64,000 bases of DNA from a virus: IMG/VR virus record IMGVR_UViG_3300046794_000505, positions 1-64,000 of that record. One strand, given 5' to 3'. Both the position numbers and the translations under genes were made by a program. The notes beneath the pieces were generated by a model, which had not been told where the DNA came from, made no database searches, and was given only the letters and a program-made list of their open reading frames with translations. Below are positions 15,715 through 25,514 of the stretch, piece by piece (position 1 is the first letter of the stretch; each line of letters starts with the position of its first letter).

Positions 15715-17468
15715 GCTTGCACCTCGAACACAATCGCGCCGGTTTGGTTCGGATCGAAGGCCTTGCCGAAATCGCCAAGTTGAGGCTTGCCGAAATCTGG
15801 TTTGCCATCTGGTGGGGGTTTTCCGGCGCTGCTGCCTGCCTGGTCTCCCTGCTGATCATCACCAGCAACTTCATCGGCCGGCACCTGGCCGAAGTCCTCT
15901 TCATCCTGGGCGCCCGGCTCAGCGCCAGCCGCAGCCTGTTGTGCCTGCAACCATGGGCCGATCAGGACAGGGTTGATTGGCGCGTCACCAATCGGTGACT
16001 TATCCGGCTTCTGCCCGTTTGCTGCCCGGAGTTCATTCCAGGTGCTGGACAGCTTGATCCCTTCCCAGTGGCGATCATCACTTTCATCGTCCATGCCGGT
16101 GAAACGGAATACGTACTTGTCACTGAAATCGCGAACCACATAGTCGCTGAACAGCTGCTGGAAATGACTCAGCAGGGGCCGCAGCCCTTTGTCCTTGGAG
16201 TACTCGATCTTCTCTTCGGTGTCGCTACCCGACAGGCTGGATGCGCCGGTGTTGAACGATTCAAAGTTGATCTCATCCGGGGACATACCATAGAGCGCGC
16301 AGATGATCGAGGTGAGGAAGATCATCCATTTGGAGAACATCATCTCGTCGACATCGACGTTGAACTTCTCAAAGGATGCCTGCGATTCCTGGTCTTTGGA
16401 CACCATCACCGGGAGCGCCCAGGTGTTATTCACGCCCTTGACCATGGCGTTCCACATGCGTTTGAAAGCGTCCAGGTCCTGCTGGGTGTAGTTGCCAGAC
16501 AGGTGCAGTAGTCCGCGCGGGATTGCATTGCTGTCGAAGTACTTGGTGTTGTGGGTCATGGCGTTCAGGTAGCCGGTGACCACCTTGATCAGCAGCTCCG
16601 TTTCCGCCAGGCCATAGCCGGCCGCCATGATGTCCGAGCGCGGGTTGCGCGGCTCGTAGATCAGCTCATTGTAATTGTAGAGCGTGCGCACCTGTCCATT
16701 GACCAGCTGCACGGCGTAGATCTCATCATCACCCTCATAGCCGTTCTCGGTGCATAGCTTGATCGTGCCGCCATCGACCGCATACATGCCATCCAAGCCC
16801 AGCTTGCGGTCCTTCTTCATCTCCGTCTCGATTGAGGCAGCATCCAGGGTCAGGCTGTCACGCACGAGTTTGTGCATGAACTGGGGGAAGGTATCGCGCT
16901 TGAGTTGCTTGCGCTTGCGCGGGTCGAACTCCCAGCCGCAGTTGATGAAGAAGTCCTGCAGCAGGTCGATGCTGTCCTGTTCCTGTTTGTTCGGCTTGTG
17001 GTTCTTGTCCTTGTGGCGGACGACGAAGCCCGGCCCGCGCCCTTCCTCTGGCACCTGACAGAAGCGTTGCACCTGACGGCACCGAGTCATGATCACCGCG
17101 TTCAGGATCGGCGTCTGGTCGACCATGGCCCGCAGCATCGCATGATCGATCGCGCCCGGCTTCTCCATCCAGTCGCCATTGATCTGCACTTGGAAATCGT
17201 CGATGTCGACCGAGGCCATACCGCGGCCAGGACGCTGCTTGCCCGGGAACGGGACCATTGTCCGCGTGGCCTTCTGCATCTGCTGTTCTTCGATATCCCG
17301 CAGAATATGGTCAAACACCGGCTGCAAATCCTCGGCTGGGATCAACTCAGACCGCAAGGTCGGCGCGTGCGCCTTGTGCATCTGCGTGTTCGCATCGCGA
17401 CGCTCATCTGGCGGGGCGCCGAGATCGAAAGCAACCTGTGATGGTGTGTCGCGGCGTTTAGAAGACAT
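15711..17468 (-). CDS. Phage portal protein
   Basis: 585 aa; LVRDSLTLDAA, GYGLAETE, YFDSNAIPRGLL, KGLRPLL, TWNELRA motifs. Confidence 0.9.
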   Translation of the reverse strand: MSSKRRDTPSQVAFDLGAPPDERRDANTQMHKAHAPTLRSELIPAEDLQPVFDHILRDIEEQQMQKATRTMVPFPGKQRPGRGMASVDIDDFQVQINGDWMEKPGAIDHAMLRAMVDQTPILNAVIMTRCRQVQRFCQVPEEGRGPGFVVRHKDKNHKPNKQEQDSIDLLQDFFINCGWEFDPRKRKQLKRDTFPQFMHKLVRDSLTLDAASIETEMKKDRKLGLDGMYAVDGGTIKLCTENGYEGDDEIYAVQLVNGQVRTLYNYNELIYEPRNPRSDIMAAGYGLAETELLIKVVTGYLNAMTHNTKYFDSNAIPRGLLHLSGNYTQQDLDAFKRMWNAMVKGVNNTWALPVMVSKDQESQASFEKFNVDVDEMMFSKWMIFLTSIICALYGMSPDEINFESFNTGASSLSGSDTEEKIEYSKDKGLRPLLSHFQQLFSDYVVRDFSDKYVFRFTGMDDESDDRHWEGIKLSSTWNELRAANGQKPDKSPIGDAPINPVLIGPWLQAQQAAAGAEPGAQDEEDFGQVPADEVAGDDQQGDQAGSSAGKPPPDGKPDFGKPQLGDFGKAFDPNQTGAIVFEVQA

Positions 17469-17495
17469 GAGTCGTGACCTGGGAAGTTTGACAGG

Positions 17496-17510
17496 ACGGT
17501 AGTGTCACGA
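17496..17510 (-). promoter_or_regulatory. Putative late promoter
   Basis: TCGTGAC AC TACCGT upstream of the portal gene. Confidence 0.65.
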
Positions 17511-18134
17511 CAGGCTCCCGGCCCCGCCAATACCGTTATTATGGGCCATCTCAAGCTTGAGGCAGCCACAGGATTTGGTTTCTCCATGAGTCAACTGAGT
17601 GCTTCGAACCTCAATCATGGTCCCGCATGAGCAGCTGCATGCCCAGACTACTTTCCCGTTTTTACGCTTCTCGGTTTTCTCGACCGCCGTCAATCGTCCG
17701 AACACTCTTCCTGATAAATTCACTGCTCTGCCGTAAGAACTGACGAGCGCATCGTTCTTTGCACAACCGCACGAGGAGGTGTGCCCAGAGCGAAGCGATG
17801 TACCCCTGACCAGAGTTTCCGAGCCGCAATCACATATACAGCGCCATTTTACTGCGTCCTTTTTATGTGGCGGCAAGCGATCAAGTACCACGAGCTTTCC
17901 AAACCGTTGACCTGCAATGTCTTTGGTCATCTGATCGGAAATGGTTTTTGACCAATCGCGGCGTGCGCACCCGCAGGATCTGATGCACCGGTGTTTGACC
18001 ACCATACTCAATGATGTGCGCAGCTCTGATCCGCAATCGCACCGGAAGACCCCTGTAAACCCTTGGCCGTGCGGCTCAGTGGCCTTCAATGTCAGGCGTC
18101 CAAAGCGCTTACCTATCAGCTCTTGATGTTCCAT
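17505..18134 (-). CDS. Homing-endonuclease-related Cys-repeat protein (no nuclease domain seen)
   Basis: Three GxxFGxL...CxCxCG...SCGC repeats. Confidence 0.7.
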   Translation of the reverse strand: MEHQELIGKRFGRLTLKATEPHGQGFTGVFRCDCGSELRTSLSMVVKHRCIRSCGCARRDWSKTISDQMTKDIAGQRFGKLVVLDRLPPHKKDAVKWRCICDCGSETLVRGTSLRSGHTSSCGCAKNDALVSSYGRAVNLSGRVFGRLTAVEKTEKRKNGKVVWACSCSCGTMIEVRSTQLTHGETKSCGCLKLEMAHNNGIGGAGSLS

Positions 18135-18233
18135 GGCTGTTCCGTATTTGGTTTATGGCAACCATACACCATCCATTGCATATTTCGATGCTTTAAACGC
18201 GACAGATGGCACGGACAATCCTAAATGCCATGC

Positions 18234-18262
18234 TTGCGCCACTGCATCTACAGGTGTAATCT
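18234..18262 (+). promoter_or_regulatory. sigma70-like promoter for accessory operon 18.3-24.6 kb
   Basis: TTGCGC-17-TAATCT. Confidence 0.55.
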
Positions 18263-18440
18263 TCAGTCATCGAATCACCAAACAGGACACAGCCATGAAA
18301 CTCCGTAACCTGCAACGCAAGATGCTGAAGAAAGCGATCAAGGGCGTCAAGAAGGGGGCGTTGCCGTTTGTCCAGAGCCCGTCGACCGGCGAGAAGATCG
18401 AAGGCAGCGAATTCATCCCGGGTAAAAAAGGCGGTGATGA

Positions 18441-18647
18441 ATGAGAAACGAACGAAAGCCCTACGTGCGCGCAGTCGTGGACGAAGAGCAAATGAATCTG
18501 CCCGACGGCAAGACCTGCGGCGACTGCGTTCATTGCCGACGCTGCACGATGATGTTCGGCCATATCCCAGCTGATGAGGTTTGCGATTGGAGTCCATCTA
18601 GATTTCGCGCGGCCGTGCCAGCTAACAATCTGGAGCCAAGCCAGTGA
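18441..18647 (+). CDS. Small Cys-rich phage protein
   Basis: GKTCGDCVHCRRC...CDWSPSRF; overlapping start/stop codons. Confidence 0.6.
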   Translation: MRNERKPYVRAVVDEEQMNLPDGKTCGDCVHCRRCTMMFGHIPADEVCDWSPSRFRAAVPANNLEPSQ

Positions 18648-19162
18648 ACGAACAAACCGAATCCAAATACCGCCCGGTCAAGATGGCTGGGATGGTGTTC
18701 GCCAGGCTCAGCAGCAGAGAGCGGGCCGTCACAGCGGAAGGTCGTCACTTCTTCTGCGTTGGCCGGGACTCGGCTGGCTGGACGTTGTTCGAGCATGACG
18801 GCTCGATCACCGACGAAAAGGCTGTCGCTGGCGGCGTTCGTTCGATTGGCCGCAAATTCGAGCGCTTGGCCGATAGCGAGGAACTGGTCGAGGAGATCCT
18901 GCGCCTGGTGGAGAAGGGCGAGCACCTGCCGAATGACCGCCGTCCACCCTGGGAGATCGACGAGCCGCGCCACGCAGCCAGCCAGATCGCCGTCGCGCGC
19001 CGCCGGATCGACAAGGCCCATGCCAAAGCCCAGGCGAAGATGCTGAAGGAAACCGCCAAGGCTGACCGTGACCTGAAGAAGGCCGGCATCGTTCAGTGCG
19101 AGCATTGTCTCCTGGCCCGCAACATCAAAATTACCCATTGCCCGCATTGCGGCCAACCTTAA
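18644..19162 (+). CDS. Hypothetical protein with C-terminal zinc ribbon
   Basis: CEHC...CPHCG. Confidence 0.6.
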   Translation: MNEQTESKYRPVKMAGMVFARLSSRERAVTAEGRHFFCVGRDSAGWTLFEHDGSITDEKAVAGGVRSIGRKFERLADSEELVEEILRLVEKGEHLPNDRRPPWEIDEPRHAASQIAVARRRIDKAHAKAQAKMLKETAKADRDLKKAGIVQCEHCLLARNIKITHCPHCGQP

Positions 19163-19186
19163 ACCGCCCAGCCCGAGTAACCACCC

Positions 19187-19696
19187 ATGCAGAAAATCTA
19201 CAACTCCCGCAACGCTGACAAATTCGTGGTTCGCCTGCCGGATGGCATGCGCGAGAAGATCGCCGAACGCGCCAAGGTCAACGGACGCAGCATGAATTCC
19301 GAAATGGTCATGATGATGCAGAACCAGCTGAATGGTGGCCAGTCCCTCAGTGACTCGGCCAGCGCCCTGATCGACCTGGTACAGCTTGAACTCGGTGAGC
19401 GTACACAGGAACGCCGTGACCAGGACACCAAGGAAGCGATCAACAACTACCTGTACGGCGCCGGTCTACCATCCAACGCGCTCGAAGTGGTGGTGCGCGG
19501 CCGCACTGGCTTGGGTAAATCGACCGTGCTTCGCGCCATTGGAACCGGCCTCCAAAGCGCATTGCATGCGGAAGGCGTTCCAATCCTGCCCACTATCTAC
19601 ATGACCATGAGCGATTCGACGGTCCGCGGCTTGCAGCAAGTCGCCGACCGTCATGAGCGCGTGGTGTTCCTCACCGATGAACAGGAGTCGCGGTAA
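19187..19696 (+). CDS. Arc-family (RHH) DNA-binding protein with C-terminal P-loop-like motif
   Basis: SRNADKFVVRLPDGMREKIAERAKVNGRSMNSEMV; GRTGLGKST. Confidence 0.85.
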   Translation: MQKIYNSRNADKFVVRLPDGMREKIAERAKVNGRSMNSEMVMMMQNQLNGGQSLSDSASALIDLVQLELGERTQERRDQDTKEAINNYLYGAGLPSNALEVVVRGRTGLGKSTVLRAIGTGLQSALHAEGVPILPTIYMTMSDSTVRGLQQVADRHERVVFLTDEQESR

Positions 19697-20790
19697 TGGA
19701 CCTGATGCCCGATACCCGCTATCAGCTGTCGATGTCCCGCAACTACGTCAGCAGCTGGACCGTGCTGGAGGCGATCCGCGAGTGGATTCAGAACGCCCGC
19801 GACAGCGATTCACCGTTCGAGTACTCGTTTGAAGATGATCGCTTCACCATCACCAGCCGCTACGACACGCTGGACGCGCGAACGCTGATCCTCGGCTCCA
19901 CCACCAAAGCAGACCAGGCCGACAAGGTCGGGCAGTTCGGCGAGGGTTACAAACTGGCGCTGCTGGTGCTGACCCGCGAGGACAAAGAGCCATGCGTCTA
20001 CAACGGCGACAAGTTGTGGACGCCAGTGTTCGAGCACAGCGAGCAGTTCGGCGCGGAGCTGCTGACCATCGTTGAGCAGGACAACCCGTACCCATCCTGC
20101 GGCATCTGTTTCTCGGCCAGCAACCTGACCGATGAGGAACAGGCCGGCATCCGTGAATTGTGCCTGATGATGCAGCCGCCGATGCGTGACGTGATCGGCA
20201 CCGAGACCTGCAGCATCCTGCCGAGTCGCCCGGGCAAGCTGTACGTGGGCGGCCTGTTCGTCTGCGACACAAAGCTGACCTACGGCTACGACTTCCTGCC
20301 CGAATATCTGTCGCTCGAACGCGATCGCCAGACCGTCAGTGACGTGCACCTGAAGTTCCAGGTGAAAGACGCCTGGTTCACCGTCGAGGATCAGGAGTTC
20401 GTCGCCAGCCTGATCGAGCTCGGCATCCCCGACATGGAGTACGCCAACTACGCTACCCCTGAGCCACTGGCCGAACTTCTATTTTCACGCTTCACCGCGA
20501 AATATCCTGATGGTATAGCTGTAAAGTCACAGGCGGAAGCTGATACACTGAAGTCTCAAGGCCACGCACACCGTGGGGTCTATATGAGTTCGGGTTATCA
20601 CGGGGCGCTGAGCGGATCGAGTGGATATCGGGCGTCTGTGGCACCGATCGCCAAGGCTAAGAAACCGGCTGAAATTCTGGATGATTGGTTCAAAGCGAAC
20701 CGCAAGAACCTGAGCCGCGCCGGTCGCGAGTCCTTCCGCGCCCTGATCAAAAAGGCTGATAACTGGGAACCAAAGGGGAGCTACTTTTGA
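19696..20790 (+). CDS. GHKL (HATPase-fold) ATPase
   Basis: EAIREWIQNARD (N box), LGSTTK, GQFGEGYKLA (G box). Confidence 0.75.
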   Translation: MDLMPDTRYQLSMSRNYVSSWTVLEAIREWIQNARDSDSPFEYSFEDDRFTITSRYDTLDARTLILGSTTKADQADKVGQFGEGYKLALLVLTREDKEPCVYNGDKLWTPVFEHSEQFGAELLTIVEQDNPYPSCGICFSASNLTDEEQAGIRELCLMMQPPMRDVIGTETCSILPSRPGKLYVGGLFVCDTKLTYGYDFLPEYLSLERDRQTVSDVHLKFQVKDAWFTVEDQEFVASLIELGIPDMEYANYATPEPLAELLFSRFTAKYPDGIAVKSQAEADTLKSQGHAHRGVYMSSGYHGALSGSSGYRASVAPIAKAKKPAEILDDWFKANRKNLSRAGRESFRALIKKADNWEPKGSYF

Positions 20791-21155
20791 AAGACCTATT
20801 CCGTGCACTACTCAAGGTCGGTTCGTCGATCAACATCGACGGCCGATCGTTCTCCGGGAAGTCGGTCACTATCAACGGCGACCAGGTGTTCGTCGATGGT
20901 GTTCTGCAGGACGGCAAACTGGTCGGGCCGATCAGCATCAGCATCACTGGCGATGTACAAACACTCGACTGCGCGGCTGGCACGGTTGAAATCACCGGCT
21001 CGGCCGGAAAAGTAACCACCATGAGTGGCAGTGTTCAAATCGGCGGGTCGGTAACCGGCGATGTCGAAACCATGAGCGGCAGTGTGACGTGCGGCGATAT
21101 CGGTGGCGACGTTGAAACTATGTCAGGCAGCATTCGCATGGGGAAGCGGTCATGA
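20787..21155 (+). CDS. Beta-solenoid repeat protein
   Basis: GxVxTMSGS repeated three times. Confidence 0.65.
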   Translation: MKDLFRALLKVGSSINIDGRSFSGKSVTINGDQVFVDGVLQDGKLVGPISISITGDVQTLDCAAGTVEITGSAGKVTTMSGSVQIGGSVTGDVETMSGSVTCGDIGGDVETMSGSIRMGKRS

Positions 21156-22147
21156 TACCAGAACAACGCGAACTGTCACTGATCACCTTCAGATATGTAG
21201 ATTCTCACAAGCCCAATATGTTGCCGTGGCATGCCGAATCGCAAAAATTCAAGTACCTGCATCCAGCCAATGGAAGCGAACAATCGCTTTATTTTAGCGC
21301 GAGCGCAGCGACTGAAGAGGAAGCCAGAAGCAAAACTCAAGCTCATATCGACTGGTTTATGGCTGATCGCGGGAATACCATTTTCGAGATCTTGGACTTC
21401 ACGCCTCATCAATTGCAGAGGTCAGCATCATGACACCAGAACAGATCGAACAACTGCGCCCAGGCTTCGAAGCATGGTATGTCGACGCAGCTAATAAAGC
21501 GACCGGCATGGGCATGACCGTTAAAGATATGCCGAGCAAGCGCGGCGTTTCTGGCAACTACCAGGGCTACGATTATCTGCATGGTTGCTGGATAGGTTGG
21601 CTCGGGTCGCGGGAGACGATGGTGGTTGAGTTGCCAAGCGTCCAGTGCATCAACCTCAACGAGTATGGCACTGTCGAAGTGGTTGATGTCTGCAAGGCCG
21701 CAGTCATCGCCGCCGGCGGGACGGTGAAGTCATGACCAAAATTTACAAGCCCGAAGACCTGCGAGGGATTGCCAGCAAGTGCCAAGACGGATCTTGGGTG
21801 GCGACTGCCTACATAGAGACGCCTGACAAGATTCTTGTCATCGCCGTATCACATGGCAAGAAGATGAATTCGACCTTGAATGACGTTATGTCCAAGGCTA
21901 TTCAGCGGGTCGAGGCTGGCGAAGTCAATGAGGTGAAACCATGACCCGCATCAGCGCTGGCGAGCTCCGCGCGATAGGGCTGCCAATCCCCGATGACGTG
22001 CCGGACTGCGCGTGGATTCCACGATCAGCAATGCTCATTGAGGTCACCGAGGTGACTGCTGAAAACGGAATCCTCACCACTCATCTAGTCACCAGGTTCA
22101 GCGAGCCGTTTAAGTGGGTGAGCGTTACGGGTGAGGTGAAGGAATGA
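21152..22147 (+). other. Four small hypothetical ORFs (21152-21433, 21430-21735, 21732-21944, 21941-22147)
   Basis: ATGA-coupled chain of ORFs. Confidence 0.6.
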
Positions 22148-22518
22148 AAATGGTCGAAGTCAAAACTGCCGACCTGATCGGCAAGCAACTGGATTATGCC
22201 GTGGCAGTAGTCGAGGGACATCCGCTGTGTGAGGAGTGCATGTACGGCTCCGACGTGTTGATTATTGGGACCGGGTACGGCGACTTGGAGGGATTCTCGC
22301 CATCCACTCGCTGGATCCAGTGCGGCCCACTGATCGACAAGTATGACGTATGGTTTAACAGCAGGGACCACCACGAGCGAATTGCCGCATGGGCAAACAC
22401 CAATACGCCCAGCGTAAAAATTCTGGGATGCGGTAAAAGCCGACTCACAGCAGCATGCAGAGCCATCGTTCAGGCAAAGCTCGGCCCCATGGTCAGCGTT
22501 CCCGAGGAGGTCGAATGA
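22144..22518 (+). CDS. NinX/DUF2591-family protein
   Basis: VKTADLIGKQLDYAVA...FSPSTRWIQCGPLIDKY...AACRAIVQAKLG. Confidence 0.75.
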   Translation: MKMVEVKTADLIGKQLDYAVAVVEGHPLCEECMYGSDVLIIGTGYGDLEGFSPSTRWIQCGPLIDKYDVWFNSRDHHERIAAWANTNTPSVKILGCGKSRLTAACRAIVQAKLGPMVSVPEEVE

Positions 22519-22790
22519 CGCCCGAAGATATCGCCTACCTTCAGGCCGAACTGTCGATGGCGCAGAAAGAGGGGCTGCCGGCCACCCTGGTCCGGATCCC
22601 TGAGCTGCAATCGCTGCTTGATCGCTTGGCGCGGGCGATCGCCGCCGCACCGCCAGGCGTGAACATCTTCGGCTTCGTCCGCCCGGGCGAGGCCAAGGAT
22701 TTCCGCTCCGGCGCGCTGCCCTCCCTGCGCGTGCGCCGCAGCATCACCGAGTGGCACACCGAACCGCTGTTTATTGGAGTAAAGGCATGA
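22515..22790 (+). CDS. Hypothetical protein, paralogue of 14122-14664
   Basis: GAGG RBS; shared N-terminus. Confidence 0.6.
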   Translation: MTPEDIAYLQAELSMAQKEGLPATLVRIPELQSLLDRLARAIAAAPPGVNIFGFVRPGEAKDFRSGALPSLRVRRSITEWHTEPLFIGVKA

Positions 22791-23107
22791 AACACCAATT
22801 CAAGCCGGGGGATCCGGCGCTGATCCGACCTAATAAAAAAGTACCGCATCTGGTTGGTAAATCTGTTGAGTTGGTATTGGCTGTCGGCCCTGGTGAATCG
22901 GCTACGTATGCCGGATCGCTTTGGCATAACACAGTTGGAATCGAACCATCATGGATAGTCACCGGTGAAGGTCTTGACTGCGACCATTCACACGAAGGTA
23001 TTCGCCGTCGACCTGACGGCTTATCATTTTTCAGGGAAAGTCTGCTGATGCCCTTGCGCGGTGACTTTGCGCCAGAGGACCAGCGTATTGAGGAACTGAC
23101 AGCATGA
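22787..23107 (+). CDS. Hypothetical protein (tandem paralogue A)
   Basis: MKHQFKPGD...LMPLRGD. Confidence 0.65.
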   Translation: MKHQFKPGDPALIRPNKKVPHLVGKSVELVLAVGPGESATYAGSLWHNTVGIEPSWIVTGEGLDCDHSHEGIRRRPDGLSFFRESLLMPLRGDFAPEDQRIEELTA

Positions 23108-23412
23108 ACCATCAATTCAAGTCAGGCGACATGGCGATGATCATCGGCGCCAACTCGCTCACGCAGAACATCGGCAAGCAGTGCGAGTTGCGCGAGTACG
23201 TGACCAAGGGCGATCGCTACATTGCACCGAATGGCGTGGTCTACCAGCATGAGGATGTTCCGTGCTGGACGCTGGTAGGTGATGGCCTGGTGGCGGTCGT
23301 CGAGGATGAGGTCATTGACCTTGGCTTTGGCATTCACGAGCCGCGCCACCTGATGCCGTTGCCACCTGATCGCGCGCCCGAGAAGAATCGCGCCAAGGAG
23401 CTGACATCATGA
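23104..23412 (+). CDS. Hypothetical protein (tandem paralogue B)
   Basis: MNHQFKSGD...LMPLPPD. Confidence 0.65.
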   Translation: MNHQFKSGDMAMIIGANSLTQNIGKQCELREYVTKGDRYIAPNGVVYQHEDVPCWTLVGDGLVAVVEDEVIDLGFGIHEPRHLMPLPPDRAPEKNRAKELTS

Positions 23413-23720
23413 AATTCGAAGAGGCTGAAAACCATGCTAGCTCAATGATCCGCACGCTCGGCGCTGGCTGGGTGATGGACCTGAAGGATGCGCTCGGCTG
23501 GCGGTGCCAGGTGAAGAACGGACCGTGCACCGTGACGTTCAACGAGAACTCCCGCGACTACCAGGCCTTCATCCAGGTAGGCCCGACGTTCAACGCCTAC
23601 AGCACTGGCCCGGTGACCGCGCTGGATGTTGCCGTGGGGAAACTGGACATCTACCTCAATCGAATCACGGCAGAGCGCGAGGCGATCGCCAAGATTGTCG
23701 CGGGCAAGGAGAAGAGCTGA
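23409..23720 (+). CDS. Hypothetical protein
   Basis: Coupled ORF. Confidence 0.6.
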   Translation: MKFEEAENHASSMIRTLGAGWVMDLKDALGWRCQVKNGPCTVTFNENSRDYQAFIQVGPTFNAYSTGPVTALDVAVGKLDIYLNRITAEREAIAKIVAGKEKS

Positions 23721-24196
23721 TGTCGGCCTGCCAGATCGATGGAAAGCAGTGCACGGCGTGCTGTCGGACGATCACGCTGCCGCATTCACGTCGCAAGCTG
23801 ATGGGTATGGTTGGCAAAAAACCACACCTGCGCATTCACGGTGGCGATATCGGTTTTGTCTTGGCCAACTGGAAACCGATCAAGCGGCGCATTGCCAAGA
23901 AGAAGAACCCGCACCAGGTGCTCAACTACGACCGGAGCAAAACCGGCCAGAAGTGGCGTTCGAACTACTGGCAGTGCACCAAGGTGACCGACGCTGGCTG
24001 TTCGGTCTATGACAGCCGGCCACGCGTATGCAGCGACTTTCCCCTGTACGGTCACAACTATGACGACCTGGCGAAGATCTTTGCCGAGCGCAAGGTCGTA
24101 CCCGAATACCACCCACTGTGCACGGAGTACCCGCGCATCCCTGTCACCGATATCACCCCACCCGCCGGGCCCAGCCTGGCAAAGGAGATTCAATGA
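23720..24196 (+). CDS. YkgJ-family cysteine-cluster protein
   Basis: CTACC...CSVYDSRPRVCSDFP. Confidence 0.8.
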   Translation: MSACQIDGKQCTACCRTITLPHSRRKLMGMVGKKPHLRIHGGDIGFVLANWKPIKRRIAKKKNPHQVLNYDRSKTGQKWRSNYWQCTKVTDAGCSVYDSRPRVCSDFPLYGHNYDDLAKIFAERKVVPEYHPLCTEYPRIPVTDITPPAGPSLAKEIQ

Positions 24197-24564
24197 GCGA
24201 CGATCCGAAAGACCCTCAGAGCATCGATCCATCCGAAGTCGGCGACCTGTCGAGCGTGATTGGCAACCTGATGGACCCGATCTCTGTCCCTGAGATGGGC
24301 ATTCCCGTCGACGGGACGCAGAAGAAGACCTACCCCGACAGCACCAACGTGTTCTGTGTGGAATACACGTTCCCGACGCGCGAGCTGCTGGTCGAGTTCG
24401 CCAATGGCGGTGTCTACCGCTACAGCGATGTGCCGGTGGAGATCTGGCGCGGTTTCCAGCGGGCCGACAGTGCTGGGAAGTTCCTGGCTGCTGAAGTCCG
24501 CGGCAAGTTCAAGTCAGCAAAGGTAGAGCTCGCGCCATCCACCACCGACTTCCCCGAGCTCTAA
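24193..24564 (+). CDS. KTSC-domain protein
   Basis: LLVEFANGGVYRYSDVP...ADSAGKFLAAEVRGKF. Confidence 0.85.
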   Translation: MSDDPKDPQSIDPSEVGDLSSVIGNLMDPISVPEMGIPVDGTQKKTYPDSTNVFCVEYTFPTRELLVEFANGGVYRYSDVPVEIWRGFQRADSAGKFLAAEVRGKFKSAKVELAPSTTDFPEL

Positions 24565-24571
24565 CCCCACG

Positions 24572-24586
24572 TCGTGACCCCATGGT
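24572..24586 (+). promoter_or_regulatory. Putative late promoter
   Basis: TCGTGAC CC CATGGT upstream of 24616. Confidence 0.65.
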
Positions 24587-24615
24587 GACCCTAAATCACC
24601 CATAGAGTCGCCACC

Positions 24616-24933
24616 ATGAACGAAACATTCACCACCAGCCCAACCAGCGGGCGACTCAATTACTCGGGGTCGTTCGCGGTTGGCACTTCGGTTGCAGTCA
24701 TCATTCCGAAATCAGCCGGTCGGCAGATTGGCATTTCCCTGCTGCCAACGGGCACCGCGCGCGTCGAATACACCCTCTCTCCTGAGTCCTTCATCGCCGC
24801 CGGCACGGCCACCTGGCAACCATGGGCAAAGGGCGATGTAGCTTCTTATGCCGATGACGTCATGCTGATCCCCGCGACCGCCGTCCGGTGCGTGGTGACC
24901 TCTGCCGCAGCCACGCTGCAGATGGTGCTCTGA
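24616..24933 (+). CDS. Probable small virion protein
   Basis: Beta-rich, follows a late motif. Confidence 0.55.
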   Translation: MNETFTTSPTSGRLNYSGSFAVGTSVAVIIPKSAGRQIGISLLPTGTARVEYTLSPESFIAAGTATWQPWAKGDVASYADDVMLIPATAVRCVVTSAAATLQMVL

Positions 24934-25514
24934 TGAGTATCTGGGGCAGCGATCAGGGCGGGGCAGTTCCGGCCAACACGGACGCACTCAGCGAGGGGGC
25001 GACCAACAAATACTTCACCGCAGCACGAGCGATTGCGGCCGCCTTGACCGGGTTGAACCTGGTGACGTCCGGGGCTATCACGGCAGCGGACACGATCCTG
25101 TCCGCGCTTGGCAAGGTTCAGGTGCAGATCACCGGGCTGCTGAACACCAAGGCAAATCTGGCGAGCCCGACCTTCACTGGCACCGTATCGGGCATCACCG
25201 CGTCGATGATCGGCCTGACCGACACCAATTACGGCTACTCGGCGCCGACGACAGGCCAGACCATCCAGCTCGCGAACGGGATCAACGACTACACCGTGAA
25301 TCCGGCCGGCACTATCGCGGCGCTCACGGTGAACCTGCCGACGACGCCGGTGGACGGGCAAACCATCACCTTGTCATCCACTCAAGTCGTCACGGTGTTC
25401 ACGCTCACCGCACCATCCGGCACCCTGTTCAATGCGCCGGCCGCCATGGCAACCGGCCAAACGATCGAGTACAAGTACCTCGCCACCCAGGGCTTCTGGA
25501 TCCGCAAGCGGTAA
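24933..25514 (+). CDS. Probable virion fibre/decoration protein
   Basis: Thr/Ala-rich; TDALSEGATNKYF module shared with the tailspike; KANLASPTFTGT fibre motif. Confidence 0.65.
   Translation: MSIWGSDQGGAVPANTDALSEGATNKYFTAARAIAAALTGLNLVTSGAITAADTILSALGKVQVQITGLLNTKANLASPTFTGTVSGITASMIGLTDTNYGYSAPTTGQTIQLANGINDYTVNPAGTIAALTVNLPTTPVDGQTITLSSTQVVTVFTLTAPSGTLFNAPAAMATGQTIEYKYLATQGFWIRKR

Noticed and set aside
17471-17486. Extra TCGTGAC copies (plus strand 17472; minus strand about 56750)
   Set aside because: Lack the N2-YANNNT element and are not positioned upstream of a gene.
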